From Nitrosopumilus sp. (lineage in GTDB: Archaea; Thermoproteota; Nitrososphaeria; Nitrososphaerales; Nitrosopumilaceae): a stretch of 64,000 nt of DNA. The notes beneath the pieces are model-generated. The model saw nothing but the letters and a program-made list of their open reading frames with translations, ran no database searches and was not told the DNA's origin. The stretch is taken from assembly GCA_965203315.1 (NCBI GenBank), contig OZ241857.1, positions 1,504,001-1,568,000 on the forward strand. Reading direction: 5' to 3'. Shown here in pieces: positions 52,463-62,844 of the stretch; position 1 is the first letter of the stretch, and every line of letters starts with the position of its first letter. The translations under genes and the position numbers were made by a program.

Positions 52463-53926
52463 TTAGGTATTTATCCCCTCACATGCTTGTTTATCAAATT
52501 GTCCCCAACATTTCTCAAGATTCTTTAATTCATTTGGATCGCATTTGGCTTTTTTTAAACTTTCATCTATTTCGTCGCGAATATCTTTAAGCTTCTCACC
52601 ATTATTAGAAATTTCGTGTTTCAAAAGTGATAAATATCTGAGAAAGGATATTCTTGCATACGTCTCTAATTTCTTTGCTACTTCTTTAATTAACATCCCT
52701 TTGATTTTATCTTCTTTGGGCTCAGACTCGTGAACATATTTACTTCTAAAATCATATACTTTCTTCATAAACTCTACCATATCTATATCGTTAAAGTCAT
52801 TATTCAGTAATGTAGACAATCTGGAAGAAAATCGTTCTCTAAGACATTTGCTGTTTGGTATGATTAAACTCTCTAGCGCTATCACAAAGTCTACAATTCG
52901 TTCATTATGATTTTCGTTCTCCATGGCCATTCCAAAACGATTTATTGCTGACTTTGGATAGTTAGTATTAAATTTTTCTGTCACTGATTCTATAAACTTA
53001 TACAACTCACAAAACAAACTCCATTCTGTATCTTTGATTATGTACTGATTATCAATCATATATTTTGGATAACGAGGTTCTGGAAAACATGGATGAGATA
53101 GAGCAGTTTTATCTGACGCGCTATATATGTCACCAAAAAACAGATCACCTGGTTTAAAGATACTTAATGCATTTGTGATATACTTAAATTTCTCCAGAGC
53201 AGGATAAGATCTTTTATCGTATAGATTATGTAGATCTGTTACTTTTGGATTTAATTCATGTTGCCAATCATCGTTTTGGAATTTTTTTATTAAAACAAAC
53301 CTTAACCATCTGTCTCGATACGCTATTTGATCATCGTAAGGATGAACGATTTTGGAATATTCACTACTAGTTATCTTCCTAATATATAACTCATCGGATA
53401 ATTCCAAATCACTGTTTGATGTGTTGTTGAAATTGTATAGTGGTGCTAACCAGTACTCATAATACATATTGTTTTTTAGAAATGTATTGAAATCTTTGAT
53501 GAATTTTTCACATCCTTCAATATTATGATCGGTTCCATATTCATTCAAATACATTAGAATAAAGTCCGATAGAAATGTCTCCCCCGATGGAAGGTTAGAT
53601 GCTTTTTCCGTATTCTTTCGTGAGTTAATTTCTTTTTTAATGGCATTATCCATTATCTCTTTTGTTTTACTATATGATGGATGTTCGTCAACATTCTCAG
53701 TAATGTGGCATTCTATATCTTTAGCTAGTTTATCGTAATCTATTGACCTGTACTGGATTTTGAGTTCATTATCTACTAGTTTGTAGTATGGATTTTTTAT
53801 TAAATATGGACAATTACAATAGTCTGAAATTTTTGTTTCTGCAAGATTGAGAACATCTTTTAAAAACAATTGCAGATTTTCCAAAATCTCCGAATCTTGT
53901 TCACTTTGTAGATTGTGAAAGACCAT
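52463..53926 (-). CDS. ApeA-like HEPN domain protein
   Basis: RIVDFVIALESL...FSSRLSTLL...VYDFRSKYVH (Rx4H). Confidence 0.8.
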   Translation of the reverse strand: MVFHNLQSEQDSEILENLQLFLKDVLNLAETKISDYCNCPYLIKNPYYKLVDNELKIQYRSIDYDKLAKDIECHITENVDEHPSYSKTKEIMDNAIKKEINSRKNTEKASNLPSGETFLSDFILMYLNEYGTDHNIEGCEKFIKDFNTFLKNNMYYEYWLAPLYNFNNTSNSDLELSDELYIRKITSSEYSKIVHPYDDQIAYRDRWLRFVLIKKFQNDDWQHELNPKVTDLHNLYDKRSYPALEKFKYITNALSIFKPGDLFFGDIYSASDKTALSHPCFPEPRYPKYMIDNQYIIKDTEWSLFCELYKFIESVTEKFNTNYPKSAINRFGMAMENENHNERIVDFVIALESLIIPNSKCLRERFSSRLSTLLNNDFNDIDMVEFMKKVYDFRSKYVHESEPKEDKIKGMLIKEVAKKLETYARISFLRYLSLLKHEISNNGEKLKDIRDEIDESLKKAKCDPNELKNLEKCWGQFDKQACEGINT

Positions 53927-53998
53927 TCACCCCTTTATCTAACATAATATTCCTCCCATGACTACTAATTAATGAGTGTTCTTTTTAATATTTTTGAA

Positions 53999-54577
53999 GG
54001 CGATTAGCTACTTGGGGCCCTAGAACAATTATATAGTAATTTGCGTAGTACGTAACATCAGATATGAAATCTTAGTGGATGCGGGCAATGATTAACTAAC
54101 CATAATCAAGCATCTGGAATCACGTTATTCTAAAAGAATGACCTGCAAGTTTTTCAAGAATGACAAATACTATGCTACGTAGGATAGTTGAGTGATTACG
54201 CTACACAATCTACAAATGGCTTAATTCTACAATGATGATAGGAATATCCAAATCTCAAAATTATGTAATAATGTGTGGAGCGTGCGTTGAATATTGTAAA
54301 TCTTTGATGTTTAGGAAATGAAATGCGTAAATTTTAGTTTTTTGCTATGCTATTTTAGTGCCAGACGAGACAAAGATCCCCCAAAATATCTTTGTAGGTG
54401 AAGTGCACATTAATGGAACGGTTCAGAGGCTGTGCGAAACCGTGTCTGGCAAAGTATCGTAGCGTAAACTCAAAGTTTTCACCACGTCTAGGAGATGGAG
54501 TGAAAATACAATAACCGAGATTGTGCTCTTTGATTCGATGATCCAGTATCTGTTAGGGCCACAGGTAGCTAATCGCC
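53999..54577 (+). mobile_element. Non-autonomous, degraded IS1595 derivative
   Basis: TIR GGCGATTAGCTAC.TG.GGCCCTA; residual GEVHING and EME*KYNNRD remnants of the transposase C-terminus. Confidence 0.82.
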
Positions 54578-54736
54578 AAAATGAATTTTAAACTCTATTT
54601 GATAAATAACATCTGGTTTGATAAATATCCAACATATTGTTAATTTTATGTTTGAATTTCGATGAAAACAATTTGAGAAATTTAGAAAATTTTGCTTGAT
54701 AAAACCGCCACCACCCGTCAAGTTTACAGAATCGAT

Positions 54737-54859
54737 CTAATCACTCTGTTTAGGTGGAATACCTTTCTTAACGCCAGGTATATCTAGTGCTCTAATACCG
54801 CCAAGTAATGATGGTAGCTCCTCCTCTTCATCTTTCTCTTTAGCATGTACTTTGCTCAT
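54737..54859 (-). CDS. Small hypothetical protein, 40 aa (MSKVHAKEKDEEEELPSLLGG...)
   Basis: ATG with an upstream TATATA; weak similarity to 2779-2925. Confidence 0.35.
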   Translation of the reverse strand: MSKVHAKEKDEEEELPSLLGGIRALDIPGVKKGIPPKQSD

Positions 54860-54957
54860 TACTCTATATACTCCAGCATCATATATAGGCGTATTGCAGA
54901 CTTGAGTGTAAGATATTAAGTCAAGAAATGAGAGGCACCAAAAGGACAACTTTAGGT

Positions 54958-55071
54958 GGATCTCTTCGATTTACATGGAATAGCATTTCGTAAGGCTTTT
55001 CCTATAATTTTCTCTCATAGAATCTTAGTATTTTTCTATAAACATTCATCACACGTAAATCGAAGAGCTCC
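54958..55071. mobile_element. MITE, GGATCT family
   Basis: GGATCTCTTCGATTTAC...GTAAATCGAAGAGCTCC. Confidence 0.85.
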
Positions 55072-55648
55072 ACCACTAATTCAAACAAATCTTTGTGTAT
55101 TTGAAACAAAACAACGTAAATCTCTGAAAGTCTCATCATGTTTAGACATGTTGAGATGAAATACGCATACAGTCTAGAATAAAAAGAACCAGTCCTAAAG
55201 TGAAACAAGATTCCAAATGAACAGATCAAAATTCTGACAGTGAAATAATTTTCATTTAAGACACTTCTCACGAACAGTATTGTACACAAGATTACCAGAC
55301 TCAGTTAAAAGAGTCCAATGAGAGTTGAGAATGATCCAATGATCGTTTGATGTCCTTGATGGTACTCCAACTGTATCGTATGAATGGTAATCTATTTCCT
55401 TGTGATACTGTTTGGTGCAGAAAATCTCTTGTCTTTTGATCCGAAGTTGCGCCACTACCTACAGAATGATACTTGTTTATGATGCTGATGACGTTATCGT
55501 ATGATACTTTTGCAATGATCGATGCAGCTGACACTATGCTGTATCTCTCGTCTGCTTTGTGGGTTGCCTGTACTTTGGCACCGGCAAGTCGAAGTATACG
55601 CTCTGCACAGGTCTTGGGGTTGCCTGGCGAATCCACGATTGTATGATC

Positions 55649-56893
55649 CAGACATCGCAAATGTACGTGTAAATTTTGGCATCTAGGGTGCAATCGGCTC
55701 AGGCGGAGGCTCAGGTGGGATCTCGATCAATGTTTGCACTGTTTTAAGAAACAAGCTTTGGTACATCTTGTGAGATGTGATACCTTCAACCAACAATACA
55801 AGATTGAATATAGTCCACAAGTTTAGCAACATTTGTGCAGACATGAACATGTATGTTCTACACGGTGTTGATCTACTGTGAGTTCTAACACGCATATTTC
55901 GAGTAAATTTGAATCCATTCTCAATCTCCCAACGATCGCGATATTTCTCTAGATCAATATTTGGATCATTTGTTGCAAATGCTCTATACTCTTCTGGGTC
56001 ATCTCTGTCACGAGTTATTATGATGTAACATCCTGCTTGATCCTTGTTGTTCTTTATTACATATTTTGACACTCTAACTCGTTCTCCTCGTTTGTATTCC
56101 TCTATTGCTTTTTTATGCCAGAAGTGTTTACGCATGGCATCAGATATTTGTGTCTAGTTCCATTCAAGAATTTGATCATAGCAACTGAATAAAACCCACG
56201 ATCGGCAACAAACAGCGCTGGTCTTGTAGAGTTTATTTCGTAAAAATCTACAATTTTAGGCATAAAATCAGCATTTTTTTCCCCTTTTTTGACTGAAAAT
56301 GTAGATAAAACAAGTCTTGTGCCGGGGTTGACCAGCTGTGCAGAGATGTGTGTCTCAAATACAGTCGTACCATCTTTCGCTCTACCCTTAATCAGATCTG
56401 GATTATCTTTATCATATCTTGAAAAACTCGTTCTGTCTACTCCAATGATAGGATGTCGAGGAAAGCGACCAAGCCGTTTTAGCTCTGACAGGTGTTGCGT
56501 CACGGCATACTTGAATATCTCATCTATCGGTTTCTCACACGTCTCTTCGATCCTCTTCCTAATCCATTCGCCTGTAGGTGCATAACCATCACTATCTCTG
56601 ATCAATCTGGAACGATCAGCAGGAGATTTGTTTGCTACTGCCGCATCTATGATGATCTTGAGTCCGTCCCATTTTGTGTATTTGGCATTGTGATAATTAG
56701 ATACTTTGAATGGTATCTGATCCATAGCGTTTATGAAAATATATCTATAAGTAGAACGGTTTCTAGATACTGCTTGTCTCAGCGAGTCTGATTGTTTGCG
56801 CATTAGATTCCTGAGACATGCAATCCTTATTGACTTTGTTTGATCGATATTTTTGATCTTTTGGTTAAATTATAGTTACTTTTGCGATGTCTG
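55649..56893 (-). mobile_element. ISH3/IS4-like element D, 1245 bp
   Basis: TIR CAGACATCGCAAA(A/T)GTA; 6-bp TSD ATGATC. Confidence 0.92.
55683..56803 (-). pseudogene. ISH3-like transposase split by a -1 frameshift at A_AAA_AAG
   Basis: IGVDRT, VADRGF | YRDRWEIENGFK; junction ATA AAA AAG CAA TAG. Confidence 0.85.
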
Positions 56894-57208
56894 ATGATCA
56901 GGTTTGAGCTCTTTGATGATATCTGTAAATGAGATCGCCTCTAAAAAATCCAAGTTATGATAACATCGATATCTGTCTACGATACTAGCACTCTTGTATG
57001 ATGTATGGTGCGAGTGTATGATATCTATTATCTTTGGATATAATGTCTGTCGTTCATACTTTGTTAATGTCTTTGAATCTCTGACTCCTATCTCGTCTAG
57101 TTTGTAGACGTCTGACTCTTTGATCAGTATACCTGCTGATACTAGTGGGCCGATTACTTCACCACGTCCTGCTTCATCGATACCACAGATCATCATGTCT
57201 ACGATCGA

Positions 57209-57523
57209 TTATTCATCTTGGGACTCTTTGGCCTTCTTTTTGATGTATGACTCTGCCCAGTCTACTGTTATTACGCCTGCCTCGGATAGGTTGGTCAACG
57301 TGTTTGTCGATGCTTCGCCGGTAACCTTGCCGTTTAGTCGTCTTATCTGTCGCCACTTTAGTGAAGTGTTTCCACTCTTAGAGTTGTAGATTATTCCCAA
57401 AACGTCTTTTGCGTTCACAAATGTGATATCTCGTATCTTCTTTAATGTGACCTTGTCTGCCGACTCGACATAGATGGATCCAAGACCCTCTTCTCGTTCT
57501 GCAAACACCTCATAGTCGTCCAT
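57209..57523 (-). CDS. Hypothetical protein
   Basis: MDDYEVFAEREEGLG...; lies directly upstream of rnhB; start uncertain. Confidence 0.75.
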   Translation of the reverse strand: MDDYEVFAEREEGLGSIYVESADKVTLKKIRDITFVNAKDVLGIIYNSKSGNTSLKWRQIRRLNGKVTGEASTNTLTNLSEAGVITVDWAESYIKKKAKESQDE

Positions 57524-57684
57524 ATAGCTACGTGGTGCGTATGATCTACATGTACTGTATATGATGAATCTTCTAAAACTATCCAGCGATGATGGCGCAT
57601 CAATCGTAACCATTTTGAAATATTCATTGAATAGCCATTTATCAAGCTTCTTGAAAGACTCTAGTAATATCACTATGTGGTTGT

Positions 57685-57740
57685 GGGCTGTGATGAACCT
57701 ATCCCTTTGATCGATGATGAGGATCTTGAGTTCTGAGCCC
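57685..57740 (+). ncRNA. Box C/D guide sRNA, predicted target C34 of tRNA-Leu(CAA)
   Basis: Terminal stem GGGCT/AGCCC; C GTGATGA, D' TTGA, C' ATGATGA, D CTGA; D guide GGATCTTGAGTT. Confidence 0.88.
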
Positions 57741-57776
57741 CAGTAGACTTAGATGTACCAGTACACTGATCAAATC

Positions 57777-57941
57777 CTATCCAAAGTCTGCATCCCGTTT
57801 TTGACTCTGAGACTCGTTTGCTCTAGACGCTGCACGAAACGCTTCATCGTGGTTTTGAGATCCGTGTCCACACTGTACGCAACCCATCTTGAAACCATCT
57901 TCGTCTTTCTCAAACTTTTGACAGCCACAGAAACATGCCAT
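57777..57941 (-). CDS. Small Cys/His-rich Zn-binding protein
   Basis: MACFCGC...CVQCGH...H. Confidence 0.65.
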   Translation of the reverse strand: MACFCGCQKFEKDEDGFKMGCVQCGHGSQNHDEAFRAASRANESQSQKRDADFG

Positions 57942-58240
57942 TGTGTATATTCTAGATGTCATCGATATATCTCTTGGGAATTGTATGCAGATTGGACGTC
58001 AGTCTTTTCTATATTGTGAAGGTTTTGTGATTTTTGTCGATAAACGAGATTAGACACAAGTCTGACTATGTAATTGTAAAGTTGAATATACCGTTTGGCT
58101 AAATTTATGATTTCGTTATGTTTATTATCAAAATATTAGTCGAAAAGTCTGCAAAACATCTCTTGTCTCACGCTCCATCTCTAGATGATTTACAGAACTA
58201 GTCAAAGGATAAATATACATAATCTACAACTAGTAATGGG

Positions 58241-59605
58241 ATGTTAGTTAACAAATCTGAAAATTTTGATGTATTTATGCAACAATTTCACAGCTTTAAA
58301 ACACTGAATGATGAAGATGATAGACCCTTTGAGACATATGTGATGAAGTATCCTGTAGAGTCTTCCAAACATGCCTCTTCAATAGCTAAATGCTCTCCAC
58401 AAACACAAAATGACTTTTTGTCTGGAATCAGAAATGTGATCGACGACAAAATGACTTTGGATTGGATTTCGCTTTTGGGTATGATTGAACTAGTGTCCAT
58501 ATCAGGATCTAGTGTGAATCCTGATCAAGATGATGCCATACTTAATGCATGTGGTGTGCTTGTAAGAGGATTAGAATTTAATATGATTGATTACTCCTTT
58601 AAAGATCAAATTATCAATATTACTAACAGGATGCTTGAAATTGGAGATGCATATAATGAACCTGACTTTGCAGTAAATGATGCCACTGACTCTCTAACAC
58701 GTTCTATAAACTATATTGACGGAATGTCTTTTCATGTATTGTGTAGATATTTAGAATGGTGTCACAATAATGAAAAACTAGATAATACATTTACTAGGGA
58801 TAACAAACAAATCTTTGAAAAGTATTTAGATGATTTTAAAAACCACACAATAGCTAGACACTCAGTAATGGGATTCTTTTTTTCTTGGTTTTTCTCTATC
58901 GACAAACAATGGACTATTGATATTGTGTTTAAAAAAATTCAGTCAAGTTTACCAAAATTAAAGATCTCTTTTTGGTCTTCTTTTGTATTGTTTATGAAAG
59001 AAAAACCACTCTTAATAGCATTGAGTGCAATGTATGATGAGTTTCTTAACGGCACAATAATATCTGATTTACATAATACTGTGATATATAGAGATACTAT
59101 AGATCATGTTGTGCTAGGATACTTGAATGATGTGGACAAATTTGATGAAATATTTAAAAAATTTATTAAATTTACAGATGATGAATCCATAGATCACTGT
59201 GCTAGTGTTATAGCTTGTATTCCATTGAGATATAAGGATATCTCTGTTTTTAAAGATAAAATAAATCTACTATGGAAGAATACTAGATTTGTAGAATCAA
59301 AGTATTTTGAAATGTGGTTTAAAAATAATCCATTTGACAAGGATAATATTGATCTGTTTCTAAATTATGCTAAAACTAGAACTAGGCCATTTCCATATTC
59401 AACATTTCCTACAGATAGACTTGGTGAATATATTGATGAATATCCAATCAAAGTAGCAGAATGTGTTAATTTGCTTGTTGGTAAACATGAATATATGACT
59501 AGTTCCATGATGGAATCATTACTTTATAATCTTCGCAAGAAAAATAACCCCCAAGTTAACAAGATATGTGACGAGATTAACAAAAAAATGCTAACTTTTG
59601 TTTAG
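58241..59605 (+). CDS. Helical protein homologous to the C-terminal half of 45067-48381
   Basis: SKHASSIAKC..FLSG..DW, GFFF..IDKQWT, YPIKVAECV versus SQHAMKLQSC..FLEG..DW, GYYF..LDKDWT, YPIEVLECI. Confidence 0.78.
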   Translation: MLVNKSENFDVFMQQFHSFKTLNDEDDRPFETYVMKYPVESSKHASSIAKCSPQTQNDFLSGIRNVIDDKMTLDWISLLGMIELVSISGSSVNPDQDDAILNACGVLVRGLEFNMIDYSFKDQIINITNRMLEIGDAYNEPDFAVNDATDSLTRSINYIDGMSFHVLCRYLEWCHNNEKLDNTFTRDNKQIFEKYLDDFKNHTIARHSVMGFFFSWFFSIDKQWTIDIVFKKIQSSLPKLKISFWSSFVLFMKEKPLLIALSAMYDEFLNGTIISDLHNTVIYRDTIDHVVLGYLNDVDKFDEIFKKFIKFTDDESIDHCASVIACIPLRYKDISVFKDKINLLWKNTRFVESKYFEMWFKNNPFDKDNIDLFLNYAKTRTRPFPYSTFPTDRLGEYIDEYPIKVAECVNLLVGKHEYMTSSMMESLLYNLRKKNNPQVNKICDEINKKMLTFV

Positions 59606-59614
59606 AGACACAAA

Positions 59615-60058
59615 CTATACATCAAATAACTTTTTTAATATTTTCTGTATTTCGTTCATTTTTAGTTCAGCATCCTCCTGGGTTATATTCCTACCATGAT
59701 GAGCTACATCACTTAATTTTCTGTATTGATGTGGTATGTCTTTACATATGTTCTTGAGTTTATTCTCATACTCTAATTCTAGTTTTTCCGAACCAGTATT
59801 CATAAAACCTATGTTTTTTGATATGTTGAGTATTCTATTTATTCCGGGTTTGCGGTTTATTTTCTTATTAGCCTGAGAGAATCTTGCTAAAAGATCAATA
59901 ACTTCTCTTAACGAATGAGCAAAATGCACCAGTCTATCATTGTACTCTTCCGAACGAAGAGCGATTATAGATCCCAAATAAGCATCTTTTATTTTTGGAT
60001 AATATTTTTCAAGTCTGTTTGATATGATCTCTTCTTCAGAACTATAGATTTGTTTCAT
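59615..60058 (-). CDS. Stand-alone HEPN-like domain homologous to the N-terminus of 45067-48381
   Basis: NDRLVHFAHSLREVIDLL...YRKLSDVAHH. Confidence 0.72.
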   Translation of the reverse strand: MKQIYSSEEEIISNRLEKYYPKIKDAYLGSIIALRSEEYNDRLVHFAHSLREVIDLLARFSQANKKINRKPGINRILNISKNIGFMNTGSEKLELEYENKLKNICKDIPHQYRKLSDVAHHGRNITQEDAELKMNEIQKILKKLFDV

Positions 60059-60349
60059 AACACTAAATCACACTTACAATATAATAAGTATTTTGAGAGG
60101 TTTTACGTAATCCACAAAATCTAGAGAATTTCGAGTTTCAAATCTATCGAATGCGAGATCTATAGTTACAAACAGAAGTTCACATTTGTCCATGATTTGC
60201 TGCTAATCTGGACAATTTTTATCACTCTCAACTTACGAGTTACGAACACATCTACCAACATTCTTGATTGATACATGTGACTACCAACTTGTAGTAGCTA
60301 TAGATCACTTTAACAAAACTAAAAAAAGCTATAACTTTCTTGTACCATA

Positions 60350-62056
60350 ATGCACATCAAATATTCAGATCAATTGTTGACCAATTTCCCAACCAAGATG
60401 TCTCCTAGAGAGATCCAAAAAGAGATTCTAGCAAAGATAGCCGAAGAGTTGAACTCTGGTTACAAAAAGATAGTCGTCTCTGCACCTACAGGTTCTGGTA
60501 AATCTGCCATTGCTGTGGCATTGGCAAACACATTCAAGAGTTCGTTTATCGTTACGAGCCAAAAGTCACTTCAAGATCAATATACCAAGGACTTTAGACA
60601 TATCAGATCTGTCAAAGGTATGGCAAACTTTGCTTGCCTGAAACAGATGGAGCGGCACAAGCCACGCAGTATAACAGATAGAGGTCTTGCACTAGAGAGG
60701 GGCATGACATGCAACAAGGGTGAATGCAAAGAGAGATACTTTGAGAATGGGAAAAGAAAGACTCGACGCTGTAAATTCCAACACTCGATTGAAACCTTTG
60801 ATATGGAAGATGATGACAACTTGTGTCCATACTATAAACAAAAGTACATCGGACTTTTAGCAGATCATTCTCTGTGGAATTATGCAATATACTTTCAAAC
60901 CATAAAGTCATCAAGTGAACAGGTGTATCACCAATGTTTGGAGAATAGACGTATTGCTATATTTGATGAGGCACACAAGATTGAGAATGAGATACTGAAC
61001 TTTATCGGACTAGACTTTACCACATTAGACATGGAAAGATGTAAGATGGATCCGAGTCGTTATAATCTAGATGATGTTGGTGATATCATTGATATTGTTT
61101 CCGAGATGGAAAAGTATTACTCCAACGCAGCTAAAGTTATTGAAGAGAGTAAAGACTATCAGATAAATCCCAATTATAATCTGATTAAACCACTTTTGGA
61201 TAAATGTGAAGCATTAAAGAATGTTGGCCATGAACTTAAAAGTGATCCATACAACTTTGTCATAGATCAGATAGAGGAAGTAGATCACATCAACATCTCT
61301 GTCAAACCGTTACAGATATCAAGGTACATCAGACAATTCTTTATCAGTCCATGTCAGATATTCATGTCTGCAACCATAGATCGAGATTCATTCTGCGAAA
61401 CTACTGGAATTCCAAAAGATAAGGTTGGATTTGTAGATACTCCAAAGTCACCATTCAGATTGGAAAATCGTTGTGTCGATATGCTTGATGTAGCAAAACT
61501 AGTCTATAAAACACAGACACCAGAGATAGAGATGAAGATCGTACGAGCAATAGACAACATACTGGACAATAAACATCCAAATGATCGTGGAATCATACTA
61601 ACAACATCTAAAAAATGGTGCGATATAATATACAGCAATCTGTTGCCCCGCAACAAGAGACGAATCAAACTATGTCACGCGTCCAATAATCCAGGCGGAA
61701 AGAGTCAGAAAGAGATACTTGAAGAACATGCTACAACCTTACGCAGTGTTCTCCTGTCATCATCTCTATGGGAAGGAGTCGATCTCAAAGATGATCTATC
61801 TAGATTTCAGATAATCGCAAAGATTCCATATCCGCCTCTGAGTGACAAACGGACAAGGACCAAGATGTACAAGTATCCATTATGGTATTCAGCTCAAACT
61901 TTGACTAGACTGTTACAAGGATTTGGAAGATCAATAAGAAATGAGCGTGACTGGGCAAGGACGTACGTTCTAGACTCTAAGGTACATGATCTGATATCAT
62001 CTACAAAAAATATAATCCCCAAGTCATACTATGATACTCTGGGATTTGATGTGTAG
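60350..62056 (+). CDS. DinG/XPD(Rad3)-like SF2 helicase
   Basis: PREIQ, APTGSGKS, Fe-S-type Cys residues, DEAH, MSAT, WEGVD, QGFGRSIR. Confidence 0.92.
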   Translation: MHIKYSDQLLTNFPTKMSPREIQKEILAKIAEELNSGYKKIVVSAPTGSGKSAIAVALANTFKSSFIVTSQKSLQDQYTKDFRHIRSVKGMANFACLKQMERHKPRSITDRGLALERGMTCNKGECKERYFENGKRKTRRCKFQHSIETFDMEDDDNLCPYYKQKYIGLLADHSLWNYAIYFQTIKSSSEQVYHQCLENRRIAIFDEAHKIENEILNFIGLDFTTLDMERCKMDPSRYNLDDVGDIIDIVSEMEKYYSNAAKVIEESKDYQINPNYNLIKPLLDKCEALKNVGHELKSDPYNFVIDQIEEVDHINISVKPLQISRYIRQFFISPCQIFMSATIDRDSFCETTGIPKDKVGFVDTPKSPFRLENRCVDMLDVAKLVYKTQTPEIEMKIVRAIDNILDNKHPNDRGIILTTSKKWCDIIYSNLLPRNKRRIKLCHASNNPGGKSQKEILEEHATTLRSVLLSSSLWEGVDLKDDLSRFQIIAKIPYPPLSDKRTRTKMYKYPLWYSAQTLTRLLQGFGRSIRNERDWARTYVLDSKVHDLISSTKNIIPKSYYDTLGFDV

Positions 62057-62148
62057 AATATCGCCCTAAAATATCAAAACTCTTGACCAGCTCTTGAGAT
62101 TCTTGAATATGCTTTTAGAGATATATGTGAAAATGTAAGCGAGATCTT

Positions 62149-62715
62149 GTGGTTCGTTATATTGGATCATTAAAAGTACAGGATGCATATGCATGTGATG
62201 GCGGTATGATCATACCTGATACTATCATTAGTATGAATATGTCGTATCATCACCCAACTCAGATATTTGCTTATGGTGTGGTGGCACGAATCGCAGACGA
62301 GTTGATGAGAGCATTAGAGATATCTGTTGGTGATGTCATCAAGATAAAAGGCATGTACGAGACTGTTGTAAAATGTCTGCCACTATATCCATCAGATGAA
62401 GAGGAGAAGATAATCAGGATAGACAATACTATAAGATCAGATATAATTACAGATATTGGAGAACAGGTATCTCTAAAAAAAGTAAAACCTATTCCAGCTA
62501 GAGAACTCATCATGCAACCACTAGAGAGAGATGTAGGTTATAGCGTGGGTGACGTGTTAGGTGCACTAGAGGGTCTTCCATTAATACAAGAGAAGGTGAT
62601 GGGTTTTCCATACTTTGCAGGTCAATTGCCGTTTCGTGTGCGTTATGTTGTGCCAAATTCTACTGTTATAGTTACAAAGAATACTGTCATAGAGTTTGAA
62701 GATGTTGGAAGATAA
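62149..62715 (+). CDS. Stand-alone CDC48/VAT N-domain protein (no AAA module)
   Basis: VARI...MRALEISVGDVIKIKG..TVVKCLPLYPSDE...IIRID..IR...IGEQV...FRV..VVP...VIVTKNTVIE. Confidence 0.75.
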   Translation: MVRYIGSLKVQDAYACDGGMIIPDTIISMNMSYHHPTQIFAYGVVARIADELMRALEISVGDVIKIKGMYETVVKCLPLYPSDEEEKIIRIDNTIRSDIITDIGEQVSLKKVKPIPARELIMQPLERDVGYSVGDVLGALEGLPLIQEKVMGFPYFAGQLPFRVRYVVPNSTVIVTKNTVIEFEDVGR

Positions 62716-62844
62716 TCTCAAATGATATCTATGGATTGATATCAAGTTTAGCTCAAAACTATTCATACTCTCGAGATGTGTATTTGACACGGTATTTTCT
62801 CACGATTCATCGATTTCTGCTCTTGGTTGATAAACGCTTTGTAC

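Larger units (their letters stand above)
55301..57196 (-). pseudogene. rnhB: Ribonuclease HII interrupted by an IS
   Basis: GIDEAGRG, GVRDSK | HKAD, VSAASIIAK, GSG; rejoins as LKPDHTIVDS. Confidence 0.9.
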
